Assembly: GCA_030248215.1 (NCBI GenBank)
Contig: JASANG010002214.1
Span: forward strand, 62,001-126,000
Origin: Enoplolaimus lenunculus
Taxonomy: Eukaryota
Length of the DNA: 64,000 nt
Reading direction: 5' to 3'
Positions 25,101 through 38,300 of this stretch are shown piece by piece. Position 1 is the stretch's first letter. Each line of letters begins with the position of its first letter. Below the pieces are notes generated by a model. It did not search any database and was not told the DNA's origin. It worked only from the letters and a program-made list of their open reading frames with translations. The translations under genes were made by a program, and so were the position numbers.

Positions 25101-26851
25101 CAATCCCGATATCCGGTCGTTTTATGGAACTGACATATTGGTTTAATTGGTTTAAGTGTACTTATTATGATTAATTTCAGGTATATGGGATACGTTGGCG
25201 CATACATTATTATCGGAGGAGTAGATTTTTATGGTCCCCACTTATACAGTGTTCACGCTCATGGATCAGCGCAGAAGTCTCAGTTTCTTGCTGATGGTAG
25301 GCATAAAATTTGGCCTTTGTCACCGGTTTGATTTTCATATTATCCTTAGGTTTGTTTATCGAAGCAACGTGGGACTGTTGAAACTAGATTAATCTTAAGT
25401 GGTTAGTCGGTTTCGAATGCGATCGAAAGCGAAATCTATGAGACTGGATGACGATCAAAAATTAATGATTAAATTCCTGCTTTAAAATTTCGATTAGTCA
25501 CATAGGGGGACAATTTTTCTGAAATTATAGAACTCATTATTTTATGTATTTTACCGCTCCGATTTCACCAAAAGTTGTTATACGTATACACTTGTCGTTT
25601 TAGGATCTGGAAGTTTAGCGGCTCTGGGAGTTTTGGAAAGAAAATACAAATTAGATATGGATGTAGGTTTTCCAGTTCTCTATGCTTAGAATAACTTGCT
25701 GGTTCGTATGAAAAATGCACGTTATTCACTGTTCAGTTATTTCGCGAAAGGTTTTATTTTCGATGTTATTGGCCACTGGGTTTTATTCTACGCATGCAAC
25801 AAAGCGGTTTATTTTAACAAATTAGTATAAACCGGTGAACAAAGACCGCTTTGCTGCTAATAAATCAAATTTTTGTTATTAGTCTGTTTTCTACAAACAT
25901 TATTCTAGATCAGAAACCGGTTACAAAACACATTATTTAGAGGTGTCACATTGTGTTAGGTCCTGTTATTTAAACTTTATAATTAGGTTTTGACGTTGAT
26001 TTAAGCAAAACGAAGCGGTGTCGCTGATTAAAGAGGCGGTGTTCGCTGGTATGTCAGGAGATTTGATGTCTGGCAACAGCATGAACTATTGTGTGATCAC
26101 TAAAGATGGTTCCAGCGAAACGCGTAACGTTGTGCCCGATTTCTGTGTTCCAGGCAAAATGTAAGTTGTATACCTGACTATTATGTGCAACACCTTTATA
26201 GTCCAATTACAATAACAAAGGTCGCTGCAATTTCTAAGTATGTATGTTTTCTACCACGAACGAACGCGCAAAAAGCTGCTAACGCTGAAAGTGATGGTAC
26301 TTTTAAACAGGGTAACGTTCGACTGTTTATGTAGGTTCTGATTAACGTGAAAATGTAGCATGTTTCTGGGCTCGTGTATCCTTTCCGCCACCGAAAGTTA
26401 AAGTTTAGGGTTAAACTCTAAGCTTTAAGCAACTGCTTACCTTTATGATCAGGCAATACATAGATAAGCCTTATCATAGCTTTAAGCGTAAATTTGAGGG
26501 GAAAGTGTGCCATCGCCGGTTTCTGCCTTCGGTCAAATATTTTACAAGGTATTAAATTTTCGGCCATATTACTTTAAGGAGTTTACTGTTTCTCCGCGTG
26601 AGTCCAGTAAAGAAAGCATAAGCTTACATTAGATTTGCTTAAGTACAGTTTTAGGGTTATCCTTACGCGGAGGCTTATTCTTAGCAATATGCTAATACTA
26701 CTGTTTACCATCAAAGTAACATCCATATTATCAGTGAATAATATGGCATTATTATAGGGACAGTAAATACGAATACAATGAGAAAGCGACTGTCATCTTG
26801 AAGAAGCATGATATAAAGTTTGATGTTGTCGAACGAATGGATATGTCATGA
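22184..26851 (+). CDS. PSMB7: Proteasome subunit beta type-7 (beta-2, pbs-2 orthologue), 8 exons
   Basis: Propeptide FSFDNCARN, then [32 protein letters not shown] (N-terminal Thr nucleophile), [34 protein letters not shown]. Stop TGA at 26849-26851. Intron 4 is GC-AG. Confidence 0.96.
24300..24960 (-). mobile_element. HINE-like copy in PSMB7 intron 4
   Basis: GGACAGACGGACGGAC, TTTCGACCCCCGAGTACAAAACATAAAA and degenerate tandem units match the reverse complement of the 41036 element. Confidence 0.8.
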
Positions 26852-28352
26852 ATGTTTTGTATGACAGAGTGAAATGCATTGTTCAAGCTCATTGTTTTCA
26901 CCAAGATAGCATGATATAACAGTATGCAACTGTTATGGAGCATTAGTATAGTGGCCCAGATTAAACTGAAAATTTATACAAAGATAGTTGGGGGGTGGGC
27001 CAAAATGCAAAGCTCGGATGTAGTTTCATTTATATCTATTGAATGTGACAGCGATTCCCCTCTAAATAACGGGGGTCTACCAAAACGCAACCCTCGGTGG
27101 TACATTTTCTACCATGCGGAACCCCCAAAATTTACGTACTCTTCTATTACGCAGTCTTGTTTTCACTGTTTTCATTAATTGGCAGTGTGTTTTTGGATAC
27201 GTTACTTCTCGTTAATAATAGCAAATTTCTGATAAAAACTTGACTAGTGATATTTAACGTAGCTGACCGTTGTACATTGATGTGTTGCAAAAAGATGGTC
27301 TTCAAAACTATTTAAATATTGGATTCGTAAACGTGGAAAGGATAGCATCTGAAAATTTAGTTTAAAACACCGAAACCACTGGAGACTGGGTGTATTGTTC
27401 AATTCGATTTCACTCTGTCTTCTGGTTAATGGTAATGCAACAGTTAAGTGGTCATTGCATTTATTTAAAGTTTGTAATTGTCAGTTGACAATATTTCATA
27501 TGTTATTGGGTACTAAGTTCAAGCTTATATGTTTTTGTGAAATTCCGTGTTTTTGAGGGACGTAAAATTGTGACTTCTCTTTATAGTCATTCTATTATCT
27601 AATATCTACAGGCGCGTGGTTTGCGGTCTTGTAGGCTCCATCCAGTCCATGAACCAAGAAATGTCTAGATTGGGTGTGCTTTATTCTTGAAGGGTTTTCA
27701 TCCTTTTTAGACGCACCGTAAAGTAAAAACAGACTTGAGACCTTCGCAAAAACAATGTTGTAAGTATGTATATTAGTTTTAAGATTGTATTAATCATTCC
27801 GCGCACTTGGGTTTCCAAACCTCAAGCATCTATTTCACTCATCGAAGCCTTGATTCATCCCATCTATATTTCCTGGCCACATATCTGATCATTTGAAACT
27901 TTGTATTAATGTGTATAATAGCAGAAGTGTGGTATGCAAAACTCGCCAACCGCCAGTTGCACCAAACACTATTATGCCTATTTCTCGATGTTTACATTTT
28001 TATGTTTGGTTTTGTTTAAATAAATACTTGCTCGTTGCCTTGTTTTTGTTTGACTCAAACTAAAAGTGCAAAGTTGTAAGACCTTGCATTAATCGATAGA
28101 AATCGATCTGAAATGGCTTCACATCTGCCATTTAGTACAATTTCTGTCCCGCATGCATATATAGTATTGTTATAAAACAATTCATGTTTACTTTGAGGGG
28201 CGTACAGGTTTCTGGTGGGTCTATAAAAGAGTAAGTTTAGATTCTAGATTGCCTTTTTTGATTAGGCTAAGGAACACACTTGCAACGCTTTGATTTCTAG
28301 ATATGTATATTGTATATGTATTATTGACATACTGCAGATTAGGTGAGACTGC

Positions 28353-28680
28353 CAGTATACAACCGGAGATCTACCTCCGGTACTGGCATAAAATCGGCCT
28401 CAGGCTCCGGTAGAAATTTTACCAGAGGTTCCGGCAATTTCGGTGGCAAAATTTTGCAAAATTTATCTGTTTAGTGCGTTTCATTTTCCATTTGTCACAA
28501 TTTTCAGCGAAAGTTTTCCAAAATTTAGCAGAAAATTCACGTAAAACCAAACAAATTAACAACATATTGTGGATATTGGCTAAAAATAACTAATTAACCA
28601 TTATTTTTGCAACCTAATTTCGTTTCAGCTCCGACAAGTCTCGTTAACTTTGTGCTTGCGTTGGCCTCCGGCTCCGGTGT
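28353..28680 (-). mobile_element. Degenerate hAT-type MITE, family A, just upstream of the HDHD3 ATG
   Basis: Colinear with 29483-29819. Confidence 0.8.
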
Positions 28681-28765
28681 TATGTAAAATAATCTAAAAA
28701 TTGGCAAAAAGTATTAAGGTTAAAAATATAATAACTAAAATTGGTTAAACAACGTTTGTCGTTCA

Positions 28766-30384
28766 ATGTGTATCAAAACGGTTGCAACGAAGCTAATTTC
28801 GTTCGACGCAACGAACACCCTGCTTCTGTTTCGACAACCAGGTGCACAAACTTATCTTGAACACGGCAAACATTTGAATGGTTTGATTCCAGCGAAGATT
28901 GCAGAATCATTCCGCGACGCGTATACTGATTACAGCGAAAAGTATCCGTGTTTTGGATACGGACAGTTTGGTGCGCAGGAATGGTGGTTACGGGTCGCCA
29001 GGCAGACGTACATTAGCGCTGGCGGTGAGCTTTGAAAATTCGGCCAATGTAAAGAACAGGGGCTAATCAGTAATATATAAGCATAATTGCTAAGCCTAAG
29101 CGGAACAATGAGCTTACGCTTAAGCCTAAGCAAAAACTTAGTCTAAACGTTAAGTTTACTTTATTCCAGCCCAACAGAAAAACAATCCACCCGTGATCTT
29201 TATAATGGGCCGAAAATTGGAACTGGATGATTTGTCAGTGTGTCTTGGTAATATTCATTGACCAATAAAATTGGATTGAAGGAACCAACAGAGGTACAAA
29301 CGACTAAACTAAAACTATATTTGATTTTTGACAACTTTGGTAAACTGTCAACGATGATTTGAGGCACAATGTATTTAGTTCTTTACTTAACAGAAAAAAT
29401 TTAGAAAGCAAACTTTTGCAGCGCTCGTATTTATTTCTAATTAAACGGTAGCCGTTTAAGTCCAAACCTAATCCTTGTCTAGCAGGGTACAATCGGACGT
29501 CTGCTTCCGGCTCCGGCAGAAAATCGGCCTCCGGCTCCGGCCCGGAGGTTCCGGCAGTTTCGGTAGTAAAATTTTGCATAATTTTGCAAAATTTATCTGT
29601 TTAGCGCGTATCGTTTTACTTCTGTCACAATTTTCAGGAAAGAATTTCCGAAATTTCGCAGGAAATTAGCGTAAAACCAAACAGCTTAACATGTTGCAGA
29701 TATTGCCTAAAATTAACTAATTAACCGTCATTTTTACTACCTAATTTCACCTCGCCTCCGGCTCCGGCAAGTTTCGTTGACCTTCGGCTCCGGCATTTTT
29801 CACCTCCGGTTGCACCCTGTTGTCTAGTTGGGGCGAAATCTGAAAATTTCGAAACCGGTGCAGGGTGTAAGTATAAAAGCCAAACTCTTAATCATACATT
29901 CGCTGTGTTTCTAGTTGCCGTCGACGATCCAGGTCTTCAATGTACCGTAGAACAGGTCTATGAGCATTTTAACACTACTCAACCGTGGCAGATTCACAAG
30001 TCTGCTCGCGCGTTGCTCACGCAACTCACAAAGACTCGACACAAAATCGTTATCGCGTCAAATTTCGATCCGCGGTTGTATAATTTGTTTCGTTTGTTCA
30101 AAATTGATCATTATTTTGACGCAATTTTTCTGTCGAGTCTTATTGGTGTTCAAAAACCGGACCAACGATTTTTCCAAACGATATTTGATCGATTTCCTCA
30201 GCTGGAACCGTCAGAAATGGTTCACGTCGGCGACTCGTACGAAAACGACTATTTGGGTGCTACAGCGACTGGTATGAAAGCGTTGTTGTTTGTTCCACAG
30301 TGTAAAATGTGCGAATTGACTGAAGATGTAAGAAAAACGGCGGAAATTGTTAATGATTTGGCGGAAATCGTTGCGAAAATATGA
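28766..30384 (+). CDS. HDHD3: HAD-superfamily hydrolase, HDHD3/REG-2-like (exons 28766-29024 and 29915-30384)
   Basis: HAD motifs LISFDATNTLL, ASNFDPRL, QKPD, HVGDSYENDYLGA. The phase-1 GT-AG intron joins ORFs 28766 and 29905 in frame. Confidence 0.88.
29042..29211. mobile_element. GGCC-ended TTAGGC MITE
   Basis: GGCCAATGTAAAG ... ATGGGCC ends; TSD GAAAATTC/GAAAATTG. Confidence 0.82.
29483..29819 (-). mobile_element. hAT-type MITE, family A, in the HDHD3 intron
   Basis: Reverse complement of 1245-1576; CAGGGT...ACCCTG ends; perfect 8-bp TSD TTGTCTAG. Confidence 0.92.
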
Positions 30385-30462
30385 TGTGTTCACCATTTCA
30401 GTTGCTATTGTCGATGATCAGTTCAATTATTGCTTGCTCGTATGCACTTTAAAACTCACATT

Positions 30463-30649
30463 GGCCAATGTAAAGAACAGGTGCGGAACAGTATTATAAG
30501 TTCATTCCTAAGCGTAAGCGTAAGAATGAGCATATTCCTAAGCGTAAGCCTAAGTGTAAGCCAAGCAAATAAATTAGTCTATTAAATGTTAAGCTTACTC
30601 TTTTCTAGTCCCACAGAAAAACGTTCCGCCCCTGATCTTTACATGGGCC
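30463..30649. mobile_element. GGCC-ended TTAGGC MITE, about 80 bp after the HDHD3 stop
   Basis: GGCCAATGTAAAGAACAGG ... CCTGATCTTTACATGGGCC. Confidence 0.85.
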
Positions 30650-31854
30650 CCACATTTAAACCTAAAGTTTGGTTGCACTAATGATTGATGCCTAAATCAA
30701 AGGCTAAGGTTAGGTAAATGTTAATATAAGCACATTCCTAAACATAAGCCTAGGCGTACGCCTGTTGATGAAAAGTGTACACAGATGTGAATTTTTATGT
30801 TTAAATTTCTAAAGGATAATGCTCGAAAGTTAATTTAAATATTATTTTGTTGGCAGGTCATTTTAATATTTACGTTTAAGCCTAAACGTAAAGGTTGCGT
30901 TTTAGATGTAATCAGAAAATTGTGCGCTATCGGAATACTGGGTTGGAGTGTGCATGCTGGTCCAATCACTATATATAATCATCGTTGTAATATATCTTTG
31001 ACAAATTTCGTAAATATATATACATACCTTACATACTTAGTATCAGTATAATATGTATTTATACATTGCCCGTGGGCATATAATTTTTTCTAAGAACTGA
31101 CCCGTTTTTCATGAATATAACGAGGACAACGTATTTCGATTTTACTGATATAATTCTTGGGAAGCAACTGGAATGACCTTACAGACAGGTTTGTTTCAAC
31201 TGGGTGGTGCAACAGGCTCTGTTTGCTATTTGGAGAGCGTGTTGCTTGCTCAACTTTGAAAATGAAATTGAATCGCCGAAGGTTATTTTTAAAACAAATG
31301 TTTTTCGTTCTTTGTGCAGGTTGAAAGTATTAAGATTAAGAACATCACTCGTTAAACCCATTAGGTTTCAGATTAAAAGACATTTAAAGGAAATAGACGC
31401 AATTATTTGCAACGATATATAGTGTTCAAGTGTTAACTTTCAAAGTTTAATTTATGTATGCTACAAATTGCTTTATAAACCTATGTTATAAACCAGGTGC
31501 TTGAGCAACACTTGGTAGTATTTTTGTAAGTAAACCTTCTCTCTCAAAAAATAAAATAAAAAATAAACTTTGGATATGGCACATTTTTAGCTGTAAGAAT
31601 TATTGGTTCGTCAGGGTACAACCGGCAACCGGGTTTTGCCTCTTGTCGGCATCGTCAAGTCAGAGATTATACGTCAATTTCGGTACTGAATTTTTCATAT
31701 GATTTATGAAAGATGTGACATTCCGTTCTGTGAGGTTTTAATACTGAGGCAATTTTAAAAGCCTTTTATAACTGCCGCGATTTGTGAAAAACGAAGATTA
31801 AAACTAATCTTTAACGACGCTTTTTCTTAAATGAATAAAGTTGAAAACGTAGGC

Positions 31855-32300
31855 TGAGAGCTGTGCCGACTAACCCACATAAAACATATTTTCGGAGATG
31901 TGCCGGCTGTCCCGACGAACCCTGCGAAAATGTAGACTCGAAGCTGTCTTGGCTGTCCGACCAACCCAGACTTGAAGCGGTTCATGCCGATCGAGCGAAA
32001 ACTTAGTCCCGAAGTTGTCCCGTCGGACCCCGCGAAACAGACTCTAAGTTGTCAGGGCCGACAAGGAAAAACATGCTCGAAGCTGTCCCGGCCGATCAGC
32101 GAAAACATAAAGTTCGGGCATGTTCCGACCCACCCAGTAAAAACATAACGTCGAAACTGTCTTGGTCGATCCAGAAAACCATAGTTTGGAAGTCGTCCGG
32201 GCTATCCCAGCAAAAACATATGCTAGAAGCTGTCCCGACCGGCCTATCAAAAATAGGCTGGTATGGAACCTGTCCGACAGCCACAGCAAAAATATAGATA
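31855..32300. repeat. Degenerate ~38-bp minisatellite, probably inside a CAGGG-ended element starting at 31612
   Basis: Recurrent AAAACATA...TCGAAGCTGTCCCG-CCGACC motif, about 10 copies. Confidence 0.7.
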
Positions 32301-35300
32301 CATGAGTGCCTAACGTTGCACTCTGGGAATATTTCCGCCCCGCCGAAAAACAGAACGCCCTCAGAGTAACATTGGTCCGTTATAAGTACCTAATGTTTCT
32401 TCACGGCCCGGCCCGGCAAATTTTTGGACCTCCGGCTCCCGTAATTTTCACCGATGGTTACGCCCTGATGTGAGACACCAGTAGTGATTTCCAAATTTAG
32501 CGGTGCGAGACACTTCACTGGTCACTTGGATTTCTGAGCACTCTTCTTCTTGGCCACCTGCTTCCAGGGGCACTGAGCATTCCGTTGTATTTCACTCTTA
32601 GTGTACAGGTGCTTATCCAATGGTTTAATACTGGATGGTATATAACTTAAAATGTTCAAGCAGGAGCGGGTTCCTATAAAAACCTTAGGAAGGAATGAAA
32701 ACTCTCCTTCACGGAAGCGAGCGAGAAGCTAGACGCAATTTTAGCGTTTATCATATTAATACAAAATTTCCCATTTTTTCCTAGCTGCACGGTATCTCTT
32801 GATTCCACGTCCGATGTTGGGTCCCAAACAAACACTGAACATAGTTTTCAACACACACACAGTACGTACAATAATAAAAGCAACAAAACAACACAGTGTA
32901 GTGTATAAAAGGTATATACATACAGACGGCGTTTTCGTGTTTTATTATATTGACTGCTGTTGTCGTCTTTATGCTTGAATAATAGTTCCGTTTGTGTTGT
33001 TTTTTTTCTGGCATTCGCTTTGGCAACTAAACTCTAAAGCTAGCATGTGGTTGTACCGTGCCAGAGAAGCCACCCCTAATAACCCCTACACTTTGAAGCT
33101 CCCCTTCCGGCAACAAGGAGAGCCTCGGATTTCTTTGCCCTGGCACCGACGTGGGTTCGGGAATCAACCTCGGTGTTGGGCCTTCATCTTAAATTTTCAG
33201 AAAATCCCCACCCCTTTCTGCTCCAGCACTAGGGATAAACGATTGCAAGTACGCATGCCAAACGCGGATCCGCGGAATAGAAAAGCGACTGGCTTGCGGA
33301 GGCATGACTCAAGTTTTTGACTGAAGTCGACATTTTACTTTCGTTTTGTAGCTTGAGCTTAAGTTTGAGATTTTCAATAGAGATTTTTTGCTTGTTAGAT
33401 TAACGAATATTGTCAGAAATCAGTACTATTTGTGAGTTTATAGTCCTATGCAGTAAAATAAATGAGGCTAATGGAAAAATATTTCGACGGTGACTTATAC
33501 AAGCAAGATCGAAAATTTTCTTAGGGAGCAAAATTCTTTCAAGGGCGACCAGAGCCTCCGCCCTGGCGCCGCTCTGACTACCAGCCTGCGCAAACCAAAA
33601 GGCATAAAAAGTGAACGTACGACTCGAGCAATTTTACGCGGTCATCATACCTGTCATTCTTAACTTATATCGAGATTCAAATTGTCATTGAACGCATTTC
33701 GCAGAATATTTGTTGCAGGCACATAGTAGCTCCCTTCATAACCGAAAGATATTAATAATCGTGCAGGTCCTCTATAAATGGTCTGTTATAACCTGCATCT
33801 TTGCTGATTTCAGTATATGTAAGCAACTGCCTCTTGACAAGACTATAGAAGTATCGATTTTTTCGAATGCTATGATTGGCGGTCTCGGTTAAAAATTCAG
33901 ACCGAGACCGGACTACCGAGACCGGCCATGCAAAGTCTCGGTCTCGGTCAATTTTTGGTCATCACCGAAAAAAATGAAATTTTCAAAATAAAATTAATTT
34001 CTAATGGGTTTGTCGTAGTTTTTGTGTTCTTAAGTTTTTTCAAAATTTCTGCTCATAATTATATCGAAACTGTAAAAATTCATAGATTCACAGCGAATTT
34101 TTATTCATCAGGCATTACTTACTTAAACAATACAGCGATACCATTCGCGCTGAATCCTCGAGCCCTCGTCACGGGTCCAAACCACCGACACTAAAAACGA
34201 GACCGAGACTGCCAAATACCGAGACTTGCCGAGGTCTGAGTCTCCAATCCACCTTGGTACGTCCCAAAAATCCGATATTGACACTGTGAACATAATGTCT
34301 GCCAAACATACATACTTATTCAATGGACATATTTCTATACATATAACAACAATAATACATACACACAAACATGTTGCTGTTTATATCCAGCAGAAAGCTC
34401 GCTGTGCATACACTATACGTTTTTACACAGTTGTGACTAAATGTTTGCTTTATAGTTTGTACGACAGTTGTTTTGTTTGTTTGTATACCTTTGACATTGC
34501 CAGGATTTTGTTTCAGGAGTGAATAATTATTTCATAGAACAAAGTTTTCTTGCCCTTCAGGTTATTAAAATTTTTGTAAAATGGATTTTAAGCAGGTGAT
34601 TTGTCATTTTCCTTGTATACGCCGTGGTTTTATACCGGCTTCTAGGTTTCTTTGTCGTCTGTGTGTACTAGAATCACTGTACGACCTTTGTGAAGGCGTC
34701 GTGAGCTGCGTGCAAACACACTGCCTGAAAAGAGCTCAGCTTGTAGGTATTATTGGTTTCGTATGTACAACTGCGACTTTGAGCACGAAGTATAACAGGT
34801 GACCGTGTTCATCCATTAGCAGCCCATATTTTATAATCTAGATTCCTATGATGTGAGTTGTGGACGGCGCTGCTGTTATGACAAAAACAGGGTTTCAATT
34901 GAATTCTTAGTTGTTATCACTACAATTCGTGGACCGACAACTGATAATGCGATATTTCATCGACTCGACAATACGTCGTCCATCATTACGCTAAGGCTTA
35001 AGCTTAGGATTAGACTTAACATTACGCGTAGGATTATGCTTTAATTTATTCACAGATTTTAGAACACTGTTTGGGCGACAAGATGTTGAGCGTCGAATTG
35101 TCGTAGATTTGGACTGGTAGATGTTAGGGGGGGAGCACTTCCCTGTGGCTGAGTCTTTTAGCAGTCAGTTTATCAAGCGTAAGTAGGTACCTATATGTTG
35201 TATTACGTATTTAAAACGTATTTAGGAGCAGTCTAGAGATGAGACTTGTTTTATTCGCAAGTCTAGGAGTTACGTGTTATATAATAATTAGCGTGCTATA

Positions 35301-35312
35301 GCGTTATGAGCT

Positions 35313-38300
35313 ATGGAGATTTTGATAACAGACAAAGATTTGGTTATTTCCGACGGCGAATACGAATTGTGTTGCTCGAGAAAAACTGGTCGATTATATG
35401 TTCCCGAAAGTAAGTCGTTATGTAATCGTTTGGTGATTAGCGTGAGAATTGCACGGTCAGGACGACTCATTTCACCGATGCACTGCGAATATACTTGGTT
35501 CTTAATTCCTCCACAAGATATGGCCACGCCGGGAATGAAACCTGAGACCTCTTACTCGCGAATCAAACGCCCCACCAATTACACCGTGCGACAGGTATTA
35601 TAATTTTGTCAAGTGCTATAACATATGTACGTGTATCCATGTGTTTTAACATTACAAGCACTATTCTTTAACCTAAGGGTTGCGTTATACTTGACGTTCA
35701 TCACTGTGCGTCATCCATACGGCGCTTTCCGTCCCGTGCGTCACCCGTATGGCACCGTCCGTCACCCGTACGGCACCGTCCGTCACCCGTACATCACCGT
35801 CCGTCACCCGTACATCACCGTCCGTCACCCGTACATCACCGTCCGTCACCCGTACGGCACCGGCCGTCACCGTCCGTCACCCGTACGGCGCCGTTCATCA
35901 CCGTACGGCGCTGTCCGTCACCCGTACGGCGCCGTCAGTCACTCGTACAGCGCCGTCTGTCACCGTCCACCACCGTCCGTCACCATTCGTTATCGTACGT
36001 ATTGGTGACGGATGGCGCTGCATGGTGACGGGCGGCGCCGCACGGGACGAACGGCGGGTGACAGACGGCACCGCACGTGTGACGGACGGCGCCATACTGG
36101 TGACGGACATCGCCGGACGGTACCGTGCGGGTGACGGACGGTGCCGGACGGCACCGCACGTCAAAAAAAGTGTAGCGCAACCCTAAACGTTTATGTAAGC
36201 CGAATCGCAGCCTTACCGTTTATGTGTGGGGAAATTTTTCTGGAAGAGCTTAAAACTCATTGCACAGTCAGTTTAATGTAGTTTATCCTTGGCTAACTTG
36301 CTATTAAATATAATAGTAATTAATTAGCAAATTGGACTAGGCCAATTAGTGCTATAGCAGTTCGGCCTAGGACATGTATATTTTGTTATTTCAATTGTCT
36401 CACATGTATTTAAGTTAAGACACCAAGCCAAAGTGACTTTTATAATGTAAAAACTACAAATTTATGTCGTAACCCGAATTATTTAAGTGATAATAAGATT
36501 TACACGTATAATGGTTTTTTGCCAATTTGTCAATAAAAGTTTTAGATCGAGTAGATTTCTCGGACTTGAAAGCAACATGTATGGGATGCGTTCAAAGCGT
36601 CATTGGCTGTTTGCATTTGGATAAATCCGTATTCTTATTACTCGTAGCTAGACAAGCAGCTGTTGGTATTCACCCGTTTTCCAAAGCCGAGGTACTCCGA
36701 TTTTCAGTTTCTGCGGGGTAAACTTTTGTTTAGATGATATGATTTCTATTGATTGTTATTAGTAGAGGGGCAAGAGTATTTCCAAAGGGGCAGTTTAAAA
36801 TCTTCTGACATGCAATGCTTTTAACGCAATCTCTTGAATTTACCGCTGTGGGTAGTTAATATGTCAGTAGTTAGCGTTGGCAGTGAGCCAAACCTGAGTA
36901 TTCGTAGCTCTTAAAACTCGTCGCTCCATATTTCACGTTGCCCTGATCAGCATAAATGAAACGTGTTGGTGCTGTAAAAATTTAATTGTTATACTAAAAG
37001 TTTCTTATTTTTTTATGTATGTATCTTTGTTTTGTTCTCTTCTCAGGGACGAGATAAGTTGTCGTTGTCGTTTGACGACCATCAAATCGTTATTTAATTC
37101 GAAGTATTTTATCATTTTGGAGCCTTGAAAACTTTAAACCGATACTGTAAAACACCGATATACAGAGTCCGGTACGAATACTACAAGCAACTGCCTCACA
37201 AATGAAAATAAGATATTAATTGTCCAGGTTCTCTGTTATTAGCCTGCGCGCAGCCGTCCTATGATAGTTTTCATCGCAATTATTTCTGTTTAGCTCAAAT
37301 CATCTGAGATTGAGAATATAGTATATATTTAAAGCACCGGTAACTTTATCTTTTCAAAGATACATTAACGGCTGCCCTGATTTTACCAATACCGAAATAT
37401 TGGTCCATCGCTAATTCAATACCGGCCAACGAGTGGAATTGTTAATTAATGGTTTTACATTCGAGACTACTGTTTTAGATTTGGAAAATTGAACAAGTCG
37501 TTGCACTAAATGTTACCAATTTAGACCCTAGCATAACAACATACTCAAATCTCAATAGCAGTCATCCACTGTGGAACGTGTTTTCGCCATGTCCAACGCA
37601 TTCTATCAATGGTGCTGCTGGCAACTACGGCACATCTACCATTTCAGCAGGTGAGGACGCAGCTGTATTTGCACTCGGTCAACAAAAATTGTTGGTGTCA
37701 CCAGTTGCCGCAGCATCAGCTCTTCAGGTTGGACACCGAAAGGTGCTTAAATCAACTGTCGATGGATTTAAGTACATGTCCGGTCACATAGCCAGCGGAT
37801 TTAAACGACCTGGGAGTAGTGCCAGTCAACCACAGCAGATTGGTTCGCCAACCGAAGGATTTGACGACGTTGTATCGCCAATGGGTAATGCTGATTCGAC
37901 AATGACGGTTACCCTGGAAGATGGGAATCTTCGCTGCGTCTCGCCAAATTTTCTAACCCCGGATTACAATACGACTTGTAGCGGGGATCACTGTGCGGCA
38001 AGCTTTGCCGATCATTCTCTAGTTTCAACGCCTAAATCTCCGTCGAATGAAGCTTTGCCACAGCCGCCAGATCAGTCAAGCAGCGAAGATGAACGTATTC
38101 TAGACGAAGTGTTGAGGATATTCAACGAAAATGGTGCGTTTTACTATTGTACTCCTGACGATAAATTTCGATTGACCCGGTCGGTTCAAAATAGCATTGT
38201 AACTGAACGCAATTTAGCGACTGGAAATTGTGTGTTGACTTTGCCGTCATCACAAGATGCAGCTGCCTCTGGCTCGATTAAAAACAATTCGTGCGCAATT

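Noticed and set aside
27240..28030. Possible small spliced gene between PSMB7 and HDHD3 (AG/GT-bounded segments near 27612 and 27711)
   Set aside because: No convincing ORF or homology; the segments may be UTR or chance splice-like signals.
32780..33060. Possible solo LTR with TATAAAAG and a following TGG
   Set aside because: No TSD, no second copy in the window and no recognisable PBS.
35625..36186. Repetitive ORFs (VRHPYGT / APSVTRT)
   Set aside because: They are translations of a 21-bp tandem repeat inside an intronic fold-back element and are open in several frames on both strands.
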